Part shown: piece after piece, positions 11,201 to 23,600 of the stretch | Position numbering within the stretch: position 1 is the first letter of the stretch | Layout: every line of letters starts with the position of its first letter | Assembly (NCBI GenBank): GCA_000708835.1 | Contig: DF236989.1 | Span: 186,001 to 250,000 of the forward strand | Length of the DNA: 64,000 bases | Reading direction: 5' to 3' | Source: Klebsormidium nitens | Taxonomy: Eukaryota > Plantae > Klebsormidiophyceae | Notes under the pieces: model-generated | What the model was told of the DNA's origin: nothing | Databases searched by the model: none | What the model saw: the letters and a program-made list of their open reading frames with translations, nothing else | Made by a program: the position numbers and the translations under genes

Positions 11201-14200
11201 TCCACCCCCGGATCCCCCCCCTCGCCGCGAGACTGAAAACCCACTCCCCCGCTTGCGCCAATTTCGTCACCTCCGAACTGTGCGCGCGCCACACCGCGAG
11301 CGCCTTCCCGCTGCGCCCGTTCAAAATGTGAATGCGCCCGTCCGCGTACCCGATCCAGACGCGCAGCCCGACGACCCACATGCACCGCACGGGAACTAGA
11401 CTCGGCTGACTTTCCGAGACCTTGTTGCCCTGCCAGTCCCACTGCACCAAGCGGCCGTCGCCGTACCCGCCCCAGATCGTCCCGTCCGGCGCCGCGACGA
11501 GAGCGCTCAACCGCGTCGGGTCGTTCGCGGGGCCCCCGGGGGGCGTATTCACACCCGCCGCCGAAACCATCGCCGCCGCGCCTTTCAACACCGCGTCGCG
11601 CGACTTGCGCAGGAACGACATCGCGCCGCCCCCGTGCCGTTCCGTCTTCGTGCTCAGCCGGCTGAACCCCGCGCGTTCTTTCCGCTCTTCTTTCCGCTCC
11701 TTCTTGTCGTCTTTCCGGGCATCCGCAATCTCCGGGCCGTCCTCCTCCGCCGGGCGGATCTCGATCGGGGACGGCTCGCGGGACGCAAGCGCGCGGGGAG
11801 GGTGCACGAACTCGTTCTGGATGTTGGTGCCGACGACTCGCACCAGAGTATGGGTGCGGGCATCCCTGGGAGAGGTAAACGGGGGAAGGCTGGTTTAAGG
11901 ATGAAGCCAGTGTTAGTTTGAAGCATCCGAGGAGCTTCCACTGACGTTTCCGTATGTCCACGCTAGTCAACACATCAACAGGGAGAACTGGAAAGAAAGG
12001 TGCGGAGATCCAACGAAGCCTGCCAGAATGAGCGCAGGTCAATAAAGAAGGATATGCTATCTCATGGGCCTCGATCATTCCGGCAGATTTTTGATCACCG
12101 AGGTTGCGAATATTGTAAAAAGTCGTTATTCTTGAACTTTGGCAGTGCTGTTTTCCTGAGAAGAAAAACAAGCCAACCAAAAGCAGCCTTACAAGAAGAA
12201 CACGTAGAGGAATGAGCCCCAAACTCCGAACCCTGAAAAACTGCTCTTCACCCTTCTCAAACCAAACGTCTACTTGAAGTTGAGTGAGATGTACGAGCCC
12301 AAACCATGGGAAAGGCAGTCCTGGCACCTGCCGGTCCTCACGTGAGCGCAACCGGGTTGATCCATGTGCGGCAGCAAAATCCCAGTAGACTCCCTCAAGA
12401 AGCGACGCAGCCAAGCAAGAAAGAAAGCGGAAATCGATTCTTGCACAAAACCCTCCGAACAACGCAATCGATTTCGACACCACAAAGCGAACCCTGTACT
12501 TTCAAGTAGACAGAACCGGCGCAAAAACAGGAAGCACGTTGCGCAAAGCGTATGAGACCCCATCCTCACCAGAGCGCGACCGAGTGCTGCCCTCCGCTCC
12601 ACACCCGGCTGTACACCCGCTCGACCATCAGGAACCGCACCTCGGAGTGCACCTGGTTGCTGTCGCCCGCGAGCTTGCCCTTGAGCGTGAACCCCGCGTG
12701 CTGCATATACTGCGCGGCCGTGTGGTCATGCTTCGCGCCCTGCGTGATCGAGCGGGCGCACGCGTCGCTCGGCCAGCACTTGATGTTGCCGCTCTCGGAG
12801 CCCGTCCAGAGATCGCCTGCACGAATAACAAGGGACATGAGTAACTAGATGCAGGGTGCTGAATCTAGGACTACGGAGGGGTTGGTAATCGAGCGGGCGC
12901 ACGCGTCGCTCGGCCAGCACTTGATGTTGCCGCTCTCGGAGCCCGTCCACAGGTCGCCTGCCCAAGAAAGAAGGAGATGAGTAACTAGAAGCGGGCCGGA
13001 TACGATTCTAAAAATTCCGAAAGATGCATCAGCGTTCGAGATTGCGCACGCGTCGCTCGGCCAGCACTTGACGTTGCCGCTCTCGGAGCCCGTCCACAGG
13101 TCGCCTGCTCAGATAACGAGGATATGAGTAACTAGACGCGAGGCGCAACGATTCTGGCTCCTAATGAAGTGACCGCACGAGCACCTGTCAAGGTCACAAG
13201 GCTCCTTTCTTCTGCTGTTGGTGCGGTAGCCCCCCTCAAAACACACGAAATAGCGGGCTTATTTGTCAACACCTCTTCACCCAGAAGCTAGCCTGCCCAC
13301 TTTGAAAGCTTCTCTCTGCCAACTGCAGGGACAAGAGCACTCTCTGTAAGCGTGTTGCCAAACTTGGGGTTATAAGGACCTATGTGAGAACAAAGCACAC
13401 CAGCAATGGGCAAAGGCCACTGAGACACCAAAAGAGTCAGCCTGAGTAACTCAGAAGGCCAACAAGCGGGGACTCACCATACGGTGTCACACACAGCGCC
13501 GTCACAGCCGACTTGTGCGCACCCCAGATCAGCGACGACGTCACCGCCTCGCCCGCCCCCGGGCCCGGCACCGCCATCGGCCACGCGCGCGCCTTCCCGT
13601 CACTATGCCCACTCCACACGACTTCCCGCCCGAAGTCGGCGCACAAACACAGCACTTTCGTTGTCCCGTGCACCGCCAAGAACGTGAACGCGGCCGCGTC
13701 TTCGTCCCCCGACGTCACGTTGTTCTCCCCGCTGCTCGCGCTCGCGGTCGCCGCCTCGACGTCCCACACTTTGACCCCCCCGTCGACGGCGGCCCAGACG
13801 GCCGTCTCGGTGCACGCGAGAGCGCGCGCGGGTTGGTCCGCTTTCGAGCCGCGGAGGGGGGCCGGCCGAAGCTCGATGCACGTCGGGCGGTTTGGGGAGA
13901 CGGCGGCGCGCATCGGGGCGGCGGCGCCTCCCTTCCTCCCCACGAAGACGGGGGGCTGCTTCGCTACCTTTGGGCTGTCGAGCTTGAACGACGGCGCGAG
14001 AGTCAGGCTGGCTTCGGACTCCGGCGCGGGCTCGAGGCCCTGTGTGTTGAGGACTTTCCATATTGTGCCTGCGGGAGAGGGCCCGGCGGGTTCCTCCGCA
14101 GCAAAAGAGGGCCCCGCACTTTCCGTCACACTTTCTGTGACGGTGCCCGGAGGGGGGGAGCTGGGGGGGAGCCTGTTGTTCACGAAGAAGTCGAACTGAT

Positions 14201-15737
14201 CCTCCCAGTCTGTGGCAGCCGGGTAGGTGACATCAGCGGGCGCTCCCTCTGCTGTATCCGTGCTTTCTGCCAAGGGGGTGAGTGCGCTGGGCGTGAAGAA
14301 TGGGTTGGCCTTGCCGAACTGGAACGTGAAGCCGTCTGCTCCGTTCTGGGGGGGNNNNNNNNNNNNNNNNNNNNNNNNNNNNNNNNNNNNNNNNNNNNNN
14401 NNNNNNNNNNNNNNNNNNNNNNNNNNNNNNNNNNNNNNNNNNNNNNNNNNNNNNNNNNNNNNNNNNNNNNNNNNNNNNNNNNNNNNNNNNNNNNNNNNNN
14501 NNNNNNNNNNNNNNNNNNNNNNNNNNNNNNNNNNNNNNNNNNNNNNNNNNNNNNNNNNNNNNNNNNNNNNNNNNNNNNNNNNNNNNNNNNNNNNNNNNNN
14601 NNNNNNNNNNNNNNNNNNNNNNNNNNNNNNNNNNNNNNNNNNNNNNNNNNNNNNNNNNNNNNNNNNNNNNNNNNNNNNNNNNNNNNNNNNNNNNNNNNNN
14701 NNNNNNNNNNNNNNNNNNNNNNNNNNNNNNNNNNNNNNNNNNNNNNNNNNNNNNNNNNNNNNNNNNNNNNNNNNNNNNNNNNNNNNNNNNNNNNNNNNNN
14801 NNNCAAAGGGATTGCTGCTTGCGGTGGCCCCCGGGAGGGAGGCCGTCCGTGGCACGGGGGGGGCTGCGAGGCCGTCTCCTTGTCGCTGCCCGCTTAGGGT
14901 CGCAAAGAGCTTGTCAATGGAGTCGGCAGCAGGGGCAGAGGCACGCATCGGGGACGACCGCCGTGCAATGGGGGGTATGCCTGAGCTGCTGGGGGTACCC
15001 CCCCTGGAGGCGAAGTCGGTGGATCTATTTACAGGGGGGCCGTGGAACGACGAAGCGGAGGATGCCAGAGAAGCGGGCTCCGACCGGGCCTGGCCAAAAT
15101 TTGGTGGCAAGTGCGGGGAGTCTGACAAAATGGGGGATGGTAGGGGGGGCAGGCTGGACGGATCTGCTAAAGGGGGGGCATCTCTGCTGAGGGGGGGGAG
15201 CGGGCTCTTGGAGCGCACCCGGGACGGAGGGGCAATTCCCACCCCATTGGAAAGGGTTATTGACTGCTCATTAGGGTTCCTCGGCGCAGCCTGACTGCTT
15301 AAGAGATCGTCCCTTGAGCTCAGCATACTAGGAGGCAGCGAATGAGACGTCCGAGAACTAGGCGTGTGCGCAACGTCGTAGCTCCGCCTGACCGCCTCAT
15401 CGCGGTACCCCGGGTACGCGCCGGTGCTCTGATTCAAGGGGGTGCTCCCATTTGCACTCAAGAAGGGATTGCCGGCAGGGGGGCCAGCCAGAGGCACTGA
15501 GTCGCTGAGCAGATCAAGCGCGGCAAACGACTGGACCCCCTGTTTTGGCGCATCCTGAACAGGGCTTGTCGCGAGCGGGAAGAGAGACGGCTCGGAGCGT
15601 CTCCTCCGAGGAGGGCCTTCCGGTGGCGGGGGCAGGACGACCTTGCTTTTGTGAAAGTGGGGCGTCGGTGCTGCTTCTGGTGGAGGGGGGTCCAATCCCC
15701 AGTCGCCTAGATCAATCAGCGGACGAGATCCTGCCAT
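8220..15737 (-). CDS. Type II inositol polyphosphate 5-phosphatase with WD40-like repeats (plant 5PTase12-15/FRA3 class), long low-complexity N-terminus and C-terminal Ig/MSP-like domain
   Basis: Minus-strand exons 15737-13478 (spans N-gap), 12816-12570, 11865-11055, 10650-9596, 8970-8220; phases consistent. Catalytic motifs WLGDFNYR and PAWCDRIL; GTWNVNE, GLQEVEMG, SDHKPV; WD-like repeats (DLWTGSESG, VWSGHSDGKARAW, VWIGYADG). Confidence 0.93.
12746..13140 (-). repeat. Three tandem copies (141 and 147 bp apart) of the intron 3' end plus start of 5PTase exon 2
   Basis: CGCGTCGCTCGGCCAGCACTTGA(T/C)GTTGCCGCTCTCGGAGCCCGTCCA..G.TCGCCTGC and ATGAGTAACTAGA each recur three times. Confidence 0.95.
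14355..14803. other. Assembly gap (N run) inside 5PTase exon 1
   Basis: Run of N; both flanks read in the same ORF frame. Confidence 1.
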
Positions 15738-16918
15738 CCTGCCTCAAAGCTATTGGTTCTGCTTCTTGTTCACCACTTCTCAATTTCTTGCTGTGTCCAT
15801 GAACAATGAACCCCGTCAGTCAAAACAGAAGCTCCTCCTTCCATCTTTGTCGAAGCCAGCCACCAGCAATACCTATGGCTTCTAAGATTTGAACAATCCT
15901 TTCAGAGCCGAAGACAGATCGTGATGCCAATGGTGAAGGCTGAAGCTTCCTCACCCTGCCGCCATGGCAAGTGTGCAGAAACCAGATTTGCACAGCTGTT
16001 CAACCCTAGAAACTAAATTGCTGCACAAGGGGTTACATCATGATAACCATAGGTTCGGTTCGCAAGGGGTTAGCTAAACGGTACCGAGCAGCCGAACTGC
16101 CAAACATCGCGTGGGTCGGTGCGCTGCATGCTGTGTTCACCCGGTCACTGACAACTTGGTTTTGAAAATACGGTTTGACATGACGGAGCTCTGTTTTGAG
16201 ATGGTGACAGAGTCACGCGACCGCGATCTTGCACACACGCGCTCGCGCTTTCAAGGGGAAATCTACCGTCGGCGTAGACACGCATGAGGAGCAAACACTT
16301 TCAGCATTTCCTGATTACCTAATCAGCAGGGCTGAGCAGCGAATGATTCGCTCAGGGCGCCTGCCAACAGGGTGCCGCTGTCAACAGCCTGCTTTCGTAC
16401 TTTCAGCGCTGCATGACAGCCTGCGATGAGGGTTCAAGGCCTTTGGGAACTTGGATCAGAGCAAACTAGGTTAAGAGAGTTTGTGCGCTTGCGCAGCGTC
16501 CGGTGATCGGGCCGCTCTTTCGGCCCCGAATTCAAGCTTTGTATTTGAGAGCTGTTCTCTGGACAAGTCCTCTGGTGGGGCCACAATGACGAAAGTCAAG
16601 CATTCCGGTAGCGTCTAGCGACAGAGCGCTTGTCTCTTAGCTATTCAGTGCATAGAAAGTTCGATCTAGAATAAGTGTTGCCAGAGACGGTGGTATGCGA
16701 TTCCAAAGCAAGGGGGTCTAAGGTTTTAAGGCAGGGGAATTCTCGTTGGCATTCTCAGCTATCTCAGGGGGAAAATTGAATCTTGCGGCTAGAATACGGC
16801 AGCTGTTCTGGGTCTAGCTACATGTGGTGATTTTGGGAGTGTCCTCCTGAAGACTCTGAGAAGATAGGGACAGCAATCTTGCGGAGCGAATTAGTGGCGG
16901 GGGGTTAGCAGCGAGATC

Positions 16919-19316
16919 ATGGCTAGCACGTCCGCTGCACCCCCTGCAAGCTTGGAAGGGAATGAGGAGGTCGATGCCGAGAAGCATCCCTCAGGAATCA
17001 TCCCAACTTTACAGTGAGTGCGGATGCTAGCACTTGTTGAAAGCAATCAGTTTGCAAGCTGTTTCTCCAAATCCTCGGAATTGAGGATTGGCCTGAATGC
17101 GTCGTTACTGTGGTTCAACTGAAGCGTTAAGCTCTGACAGCAGCACTTGTGCTGAACAAGTTCATGCAGTCTAAGAGATGAAGAATCTTTAGGGTTTTTG
17201 GTCTGACTGTCCTGCATCTGGTCTGACTGTCCTGCATCACTCGTCCAGGAATATTGTAGCCACGGCGAATATGGGCTGCCAGTTGGACCTCAAGGCCATT
17301 GCCATGCAGGCGCGCAATGCTGAGTACAATCCAAAGGTGAGCGCAAACTCTGCATAGGGTGTTGTCAAACAGCATTTGTTAACATCTGGGGTCATGCCCA
17401 GTTTACTCCAGTTGGAAGCTCTAAGAAGATCAATTGTTTTGTTACAACTTTGTACCGGAGGGTCCGGCTTGTGCAGTGGTTGGTTGCTCAGTATGTTTGG
17501 ATTCGCCAAAGAACGGTGTTTGTATCCTCACCTTACTCCTGTCGAACTGGCCCAGATTGTCTCAGAAGGCAAAGACACTGAAGAATGTCAGCGAAGCTTG
17601 CCCTTAGTTTAGTTTTGGTTTATGGTGGTCTCAAACGTGAGCAAAATTGGATTGCACGCTCCTTGCACGTTTTGAATCTTGGAGGCGTTGCGCAAGCATC
17701 TGCGCATCCCACGCAAAGAGAACGACCGTTTGCTGGAGCTTCCGCAAACTTTTGACAGTGCGTTCGTGGATATTGTGCAGCGGTTTGCTGCCGTGATCAT
17801 TCGGATACGAGAGCCAAAAACGACGGCCCTGATTTTTGCCTCAGGCAAGATGGTGAGTCACCAGTGTCTCAACTGAGTGATGTTTGGGGCAGCAGGTGTC
17901 CCTGCTACCCCAATCGATGCTCGCTCTTTGAATCAACTTCCGTATGTTCCTAATTTCTGGGCCGCTTGATTGACAAAAGTGGTTGACAAGAGGCAAACTT
18001 CAGAGCAAGCTGAACAGCTCGTCATGCAATCGAAGACGTCAGAAATTGCTTGAAAGCACTGGTGCCGCAGACCTGTCTAGCGCCGATAGCATGATGTGGA
18101 GAAGGCCTCGTCTGTTCGTGGCGGTTTGTGAGGGGTTTGTGCAGACGCGCTGCATAGCGATCAAGCCCGTAGCTCAGTGCTTTTGATGTATGCGTTGATG
18201 ATCTTCAAGCAGTGTTCGGACGATTTTAACGGGTATGAGCAGTTTTGTCGTTCAACTTCGAAAACGTAGTTGCCGTTGCAGGTCGCAGTCGGACCCGTTG
18301 AGGATCGCTTAGCCGCTCGTATCTGTCCTTTTGCAGGTGTGTACTGGCGCAAAAAGCGAGGAGAATGCCAGGACTGCCGCTCGGAAAGTGAGTTTTGTCT
18401 GCTTGCAAATCCTGGTTGTCTTGCTCGAAGGCCTTATGACGTGATCGAAGAGAGGATGTCTTCACTGCTTTTAGGAGTGCCTGCCTTTCGCTTCTTTGTC
18501 CCCTCCCCTCTCTTCCCCCTTCCTTGTTTCTCTGTTGCTACTTTCTTGAACGCATCTGAGTGAGGGGCTTTTTTATACTCACTGGCTCGTTTTGCCGTCT
18601 GCTGCAGTACGCAAGAATCGTCCAAAAGCTCGGGTTCCCCGTCACCTTCAAAGTGAGACTCCCTGCTCTTATCTCTGTTCTATTTGGCTATTGTGCTGTC
18701 TGCTTATAAGAATTCCAGAAGGATCTATCGACCTTCTGGAAGTCCAATCCTTATCCAAATTCTTGACTGCTTGCATCTTTTAGGAGGTTCCAAAGTTGGA
18801 CACATCCGCCTTCCCTCAGATCGACTCTTGCACATTTGCAACAAAGGCGTGTACCCGGATTCGTTGCTTGCAATGATCGATCATCCGATGCCCATGATCT
18901 GATGTAGAATTGAAGCATGCATTGCTGTCGTTTTGCAGGACTTCAAAATCCAAAATATAGTTGCGTCCTGTGACGTCAAATTTCCCATCCGATTAGAAGG
19001 TCTAGCGTACGCCCATCAGATGTTTTCAAACTACGAGCCGGAGCTGTTCCCTGGTCTGATCTACCGGATGCGGTCTCCAAAGATTGTCCTCCTTATCTTC
19101 GTGTCGGGCAAAGTCGTTCTCACGGGCGCCAAGCAACGAGACGAGATTTACAAGGCTTTCGAAAATATCTACCCAGTTCTGAACGACTATAAAAAGCAGA
19201 TGGGGCCAGCGCCACCCGGTGCTCTTAGCCCGGCAGATGCCCAAGCTAGGGTTGCGGCCACGAGTCGGCCAAGCCCGAGTGAAAAACCACCCGAACCAAT
19301 GAGAATCCAACAATAG
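16919..19316 (+). CDS. TBP: TATA-box binding protein, 242 aa, with a C-terminal extension
   Basis: Exons 16919-17013, 17249-17336, 17781-17852, 18337-18387, 18608-18652, 18939-19316. Core [15 protein letters not shown]...[35 protein letters not shown]...[22 protein letters not shown]...[13 protein letters not shown]. Confidence 0.98.
17200..17238 (+). repeat. 20-bp tandem duplication GGTCTGACTGTCCTGCATC(T) containing a CTGAC branch-point-like motif in TBP intron 1
   Basis: Directly visible just upstream of the acceptor at 17248. Confidence 0.9.
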
Positions 19317-20430
19317 TGAAGTTCTTAACAACCATGATGTCTAGGGCTGTAAAGCTGCTATTTGATGCGTCTCTTTTCAAGTTGCAATGAGACCTTGTTA
19401 CGAATTTCTGATCAATGGACAGTCTTGGGCCTTCTGCTCGAACACTGTTGGGGATGTTTTTCCTACACTTCACTGCTTCCTTGTTTGTGCAATCATTCTT
19501 GACCATCTTGTTTCGGCTTAACTTTGAAATCCTAAAGTTCGCCCTAGCCTTTGTCTTCAGGCGCAATCTAATATTCCTTTGTAGGAGACGTCGCAACTGT
19601 AGGAAGCTAGATGTTTCTGTAATGTTGCACGTCTCCATTCCTTATTGATAGCCTAGTCTACCGAAGGATATGTTGGAGCCGCACGAAAGTGATAGTGCAT
19701 GTCAAAATGGTAAGTCAGCATAGACCGTCTTCAGCTCATGTTTAGTCGAACTACGAGTGGTCCGGACGTCAAATATATCATGAAAGATCAAAAATCAACA
19801 ATTCGGCGTCCTCTATCATAATGATGTAGCCCGGCTGATTTCAGTAACGGTGTTTGCAATAACGATATTGGGTTTTGCATGAAGTCCGTGACTTTGCTGA
19901 GCGGGCCGTCAGGACGATGAACTAGGCTTGGCAAAGATTCTATCTGGGTACTGCTTGAAGGTGCAAATTAATCGTACAAGAAGCGAACGGCTACGATTGC
20001 ATCGAGGATGTTACTGTATTGCACGTTTGAAGCCGTTCATGGTCCTGCTTGTGTTTTGGATCGACGGCTAACATCTCACATGGCTCGGGCACAGCAGCAC
20101 AGTTGACACTGCCTGAGAAGCTGGGTCTCAATATTATCCAGTACTACTCTGAACAAGAGTGTCAAGTTCTAGCATGCACTGCAGGCGAGGAATCTCGATG
20201 GTATCCAGCTGGCAGGGCTTGACCTGCTCGTCTTCCAAGTTCCTCGTTCTTCTGCCATCAGTGGCATTGGCATTGGAACCTAGCAAGGCGTTGAACTTGA
20301 AGAGACGCGCACCCCATGGTGGTTGTCCTCCTCGGCAGTGCTTGTCGGTAGTCTCCCCTCGCCATTTTGCCTCTAAGCTTTATTTCAAACCTGAAAGAGG
20401 GCTTCGGGAGATCTACCGACGAAATCCACG

Positions 20431-20683
20431 ATGAGTCGCCCAGTTGCACAGCGCACCCTGGGGCTGATCCACCGGTCGCTTCAGCAGGGACGAGCCGGTT
20501 CCTTTCTCCGCAGAGCCGCGGTTGCTGGGGAAGGATCGGGGGGGGCTGACAATGCTTCCCAGACCAGGAACCGGGAGCATCCCAACAGAAGGTTGCCGAG
20601 CCTGGGCGGCGCTTCGTTGCTGGCAGGAGCCTTGACGACGGGGGTGGCTGTGCATGTATTGGCTGAGGCGCCACCTCGCTCAG
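20431..20683 (+). CDS. First exon: Arg/Ser/Leu/Ala-rich mitochondrial presequence-like peptide followed by a hydrophobic segment
   Basis: MSRPVAQRTLGLIHRSLQQGRAGSFLRRAA... then GGASLLAGALTTGVAVHVLAEAPP; donor TCAG|GTGATC at 20683/4 in phase 1 matches the acceptor at 22557. Confidence 0.6.
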
Positions 20684-23600
20684 GTGATCATCATTGAAAA
20701 GCTTTGTCTGGCTTGCCCTCCCTGCTTGTACACAATCTGCCAAACTATCTATCATGATTGAGTGACTCAGGAGCAGCTTATCTATTGACGCCTTATAGAT
20801 ATGCCACATTTTCCTTTCTGGATCAGTTTCGGCACCTTTGGCTGCTTATTCTTCACAGAGGGCTTTGGCCGTCTTGATGTGCATTGTGAGTGAGTTTACA
20901 ATGAGCTTCAAGGAGTTGGAGTGTCACAATGCTGGATCCCTGCGAGAGTTTAAGTATTCTCAAGCAAGGCAATGTACTGCTTTCAACTTCGAAGCCTGCA
21001 TGCAAATCTTCCTTCTTGATCAGAGAGAAGCTGCTGGTGAATACTGCACCTTTACCATGGCTTCATCATAGATGCGCTCGTGCATCAGTGCCATTGCTTC
21101 TACAGTCCTTTACTTGCTGCCTACATGGTTTTCGAGCTGCACACTTAGAGGAGATGTGCGCTAGACTCTGACATGTCTGCATCAAGCTTGCAATGTTGTT
21201 TGATCGGTGCAATTTGGTGACTTTGCAGGTATTGTTTTTGCCCTAGTCCACAAAGTCCCCTGGCTGCATCTTTCTTCTGCGCTCTGCTATTCCTTTTGTT
21301 TTGACCGTGTACAAGGGATTTCGGATGTGAAATCCAGATCCTGCTTCCACAAATCTTTAGGAGTTGATCAGGTACGTGAGACAGATTAGGTCTTGATAGT
21401 TGAGTTATATCCTTGGTTTGCCAGAAGTCCATCTCTTAAAAACAACTGCCTTTTATATTGTCCAGACAGTGGCTTCCATTGATGCTCTTGGAGTAATGGC
21501 TCGTCCATCATTTGTCCATCATCATCAAAACTCCCCATCTCTGATTTTCAGCACTGCCTCCTATGATTGACCAGCTGTTTGTTTGAAGATATTGAAAACC
21601 AGATTAAGGTCGATGCAAACGCAAGGTCTGTGGGGTGGCTGAAATACGAAGCAACCTTTGTAATTTACCCCAAAGCAGTCTGGTGCATCGTCTAGTTCAT
21701 TACCTTCGCAAGTTCGACAGAATATCAGGAACTTTCTGCTCCCTGATTCCTTCCAGAAATCTGAGTAATACTTTAACTCAGCAGTGGGCATCTTGATGTT
21801 GTCGCTCAATCTCTCTTTGAATCTGGTTTGGTGTCTCGAGTCTTTTCCATAGGAACCATAATTTCCAAGCATATTCTTTGAACCTAGACACAGCTCAGCA
21901 TTGTGTAGAGACAGTTCAGCATTGTATAACACAAGCTTGTGCTTTTACCTCTCTGGTTGTGTGCCTTTCTCCAAGACTCTCAAAGGAGTCATTGGCACTA
22001 TTGCTACCAGGATTGAACGGATCTCTTTAGCAACTTTTGACTGCCAGTGGTGCTATGTTGCAAGCCACCTTACTTCGTACTTGTTTTTGTCGTGTCAAGT
22101 CCCTTTACAACATCTTCTGAGTCTCCAGAAGGTCCACTTAAAAGTCATTCTCTTCACCGTATCTTGTCCTGTGGCAGTCTCTTCGAATTCCCCTTTTCTG
22201 CCCCTCCTCAGAGATTTTGTGCAATTTTGAAACATCGTCTCCGGCCCCTCTGAAGGGGCTTATCGCTCGGAGAAACAACTGATTAAGCATGTTGTAAAAG
22301 CTGCTCGTGTGTTCCTGTCACACCACCACTCCTCAGATTCTGTGCAATCGCGTCAGCATATCCTTTTCCTTCAGAAGAGACGCTCACTTTTTTTTAATCG
22401 TATTTTTTTAAAACATTTTGTCAAAGCTGCTCTTGTACTTCCGTCACAGATTCTGTGCCATCTTCAAGTTTCTGCACCCTCCCCAGAAAGGGGGCTTACT
22501 TAGGCACATAACTTTAGGAGCATTTTGTAAAAGCTGCTCGTGTGCTTCTGTCACAGACGGCGGCGCTGAGCCAGAGGCCCCCCCAGCAGAAGAAGATGCC
22601 GATGATTGCCCTTTCTGCGCTTTCATGAAGGCAGGCCCCTGCGGGCAGGCCTTCCGCGACTGGGAGAAGTGCGTGGACACCGCAAACAAAGACGAAGAGG
22701 ACATTGTGACCAAATGCACGGGCCCGACCCGTGCGCTAAAGGAGTGTATGGAAGCCAATCCCGAGTATTATGCCCCGGTATTGGATGCAGATGACGCAAA
22801 GGAAGAGGGGGCACTGGCTGCGGAGAAGCCGGCTGGTGGCGAGGGGAGCGCGAGGAAGGAAGCTGCGCGCAAGGCTGAGGTGAGTGTCCTGGCGAATTCT
22901 TGATTTGCCCAATGTTTGGTTGTGTGTGCTTTGTCAAGAGTTTGACTTCTGCTCCTGGTTTTCTAATTCAAAGGGTGCAAGTGCATCTCCTCTTTGTTTC
23001 AAAGAAGATGTGACAGCGTAGGCTGTGTGTTCGATTACCGGGGTGGCTGATATGGGGAGAATCAGCGTCAGGGAAGTCGAACTTTAGTGTTTGTATAATG
23101 ATTTGTTGGATGGGCTTAGCTTACTGTTGCTGGGGCAATAGAATTTCTGATTGAGGGGGCCGAAATATACTGGAGTTGGTTACGTCACACTTATAGATGT
23201 GGCTGCAACAGGCTGGTTGGTCACAGAATGATACTATCGTTCTCTGAAGGACTCTGTTGCAAGTAACTGGAAAACAGAAGTTTAGGGCCAGTTTCTCTCG
23301 GTTTAAGCTTAAGAGTCGTCTAGGCGTTTGGTCTCTGGATGCATATTGTAATTGACTTTCGAATTTGCAGTGTCCATCTTGCTTCGTATTGCAGTCGCTA
23401 CGGCTGATTGCAGTCACAGTTGTTTTTGCGATATTGGCCGACTTCTTGAGGTAGTTTTGTTTCTGAGGCTGATTACGTTGGGGTCAACGTCTCCTTTCCC
23501 AGTTGGAGTCGTGGGGAGCATTCCTTGAAGAGGCCACGTCTCTTCTCCAGGCAGCGGAGGCCACCGTCGTGAGCAAGGTGGTCGGTGCCAAGGACTCCGT

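Noticed and set aside
10897-12483. 528-aa minus ORF and other long alternative-frame ORFs over the 5PTase (e.g. 13515-14897, 14227-15294)
   Set aside because: Off-frame or antisense reads through GC-rich exons, introns and Ns; no recognisable motifs, while another frame carries the conserved protein.
15955-15975. GCCATGGCAA and GCTAGCAAC (near 47039) resemble RFX X-boxes near ciliary-type genes
   Set aside because: Short matches expected by chance, and RFX factors are not established in streptophytes.
20258-20809. 183-aa minus ORF
   Set aside because: Antisense to the better-supported first exon of the GCK-LEA-COX6B gene; no splice or motif support.
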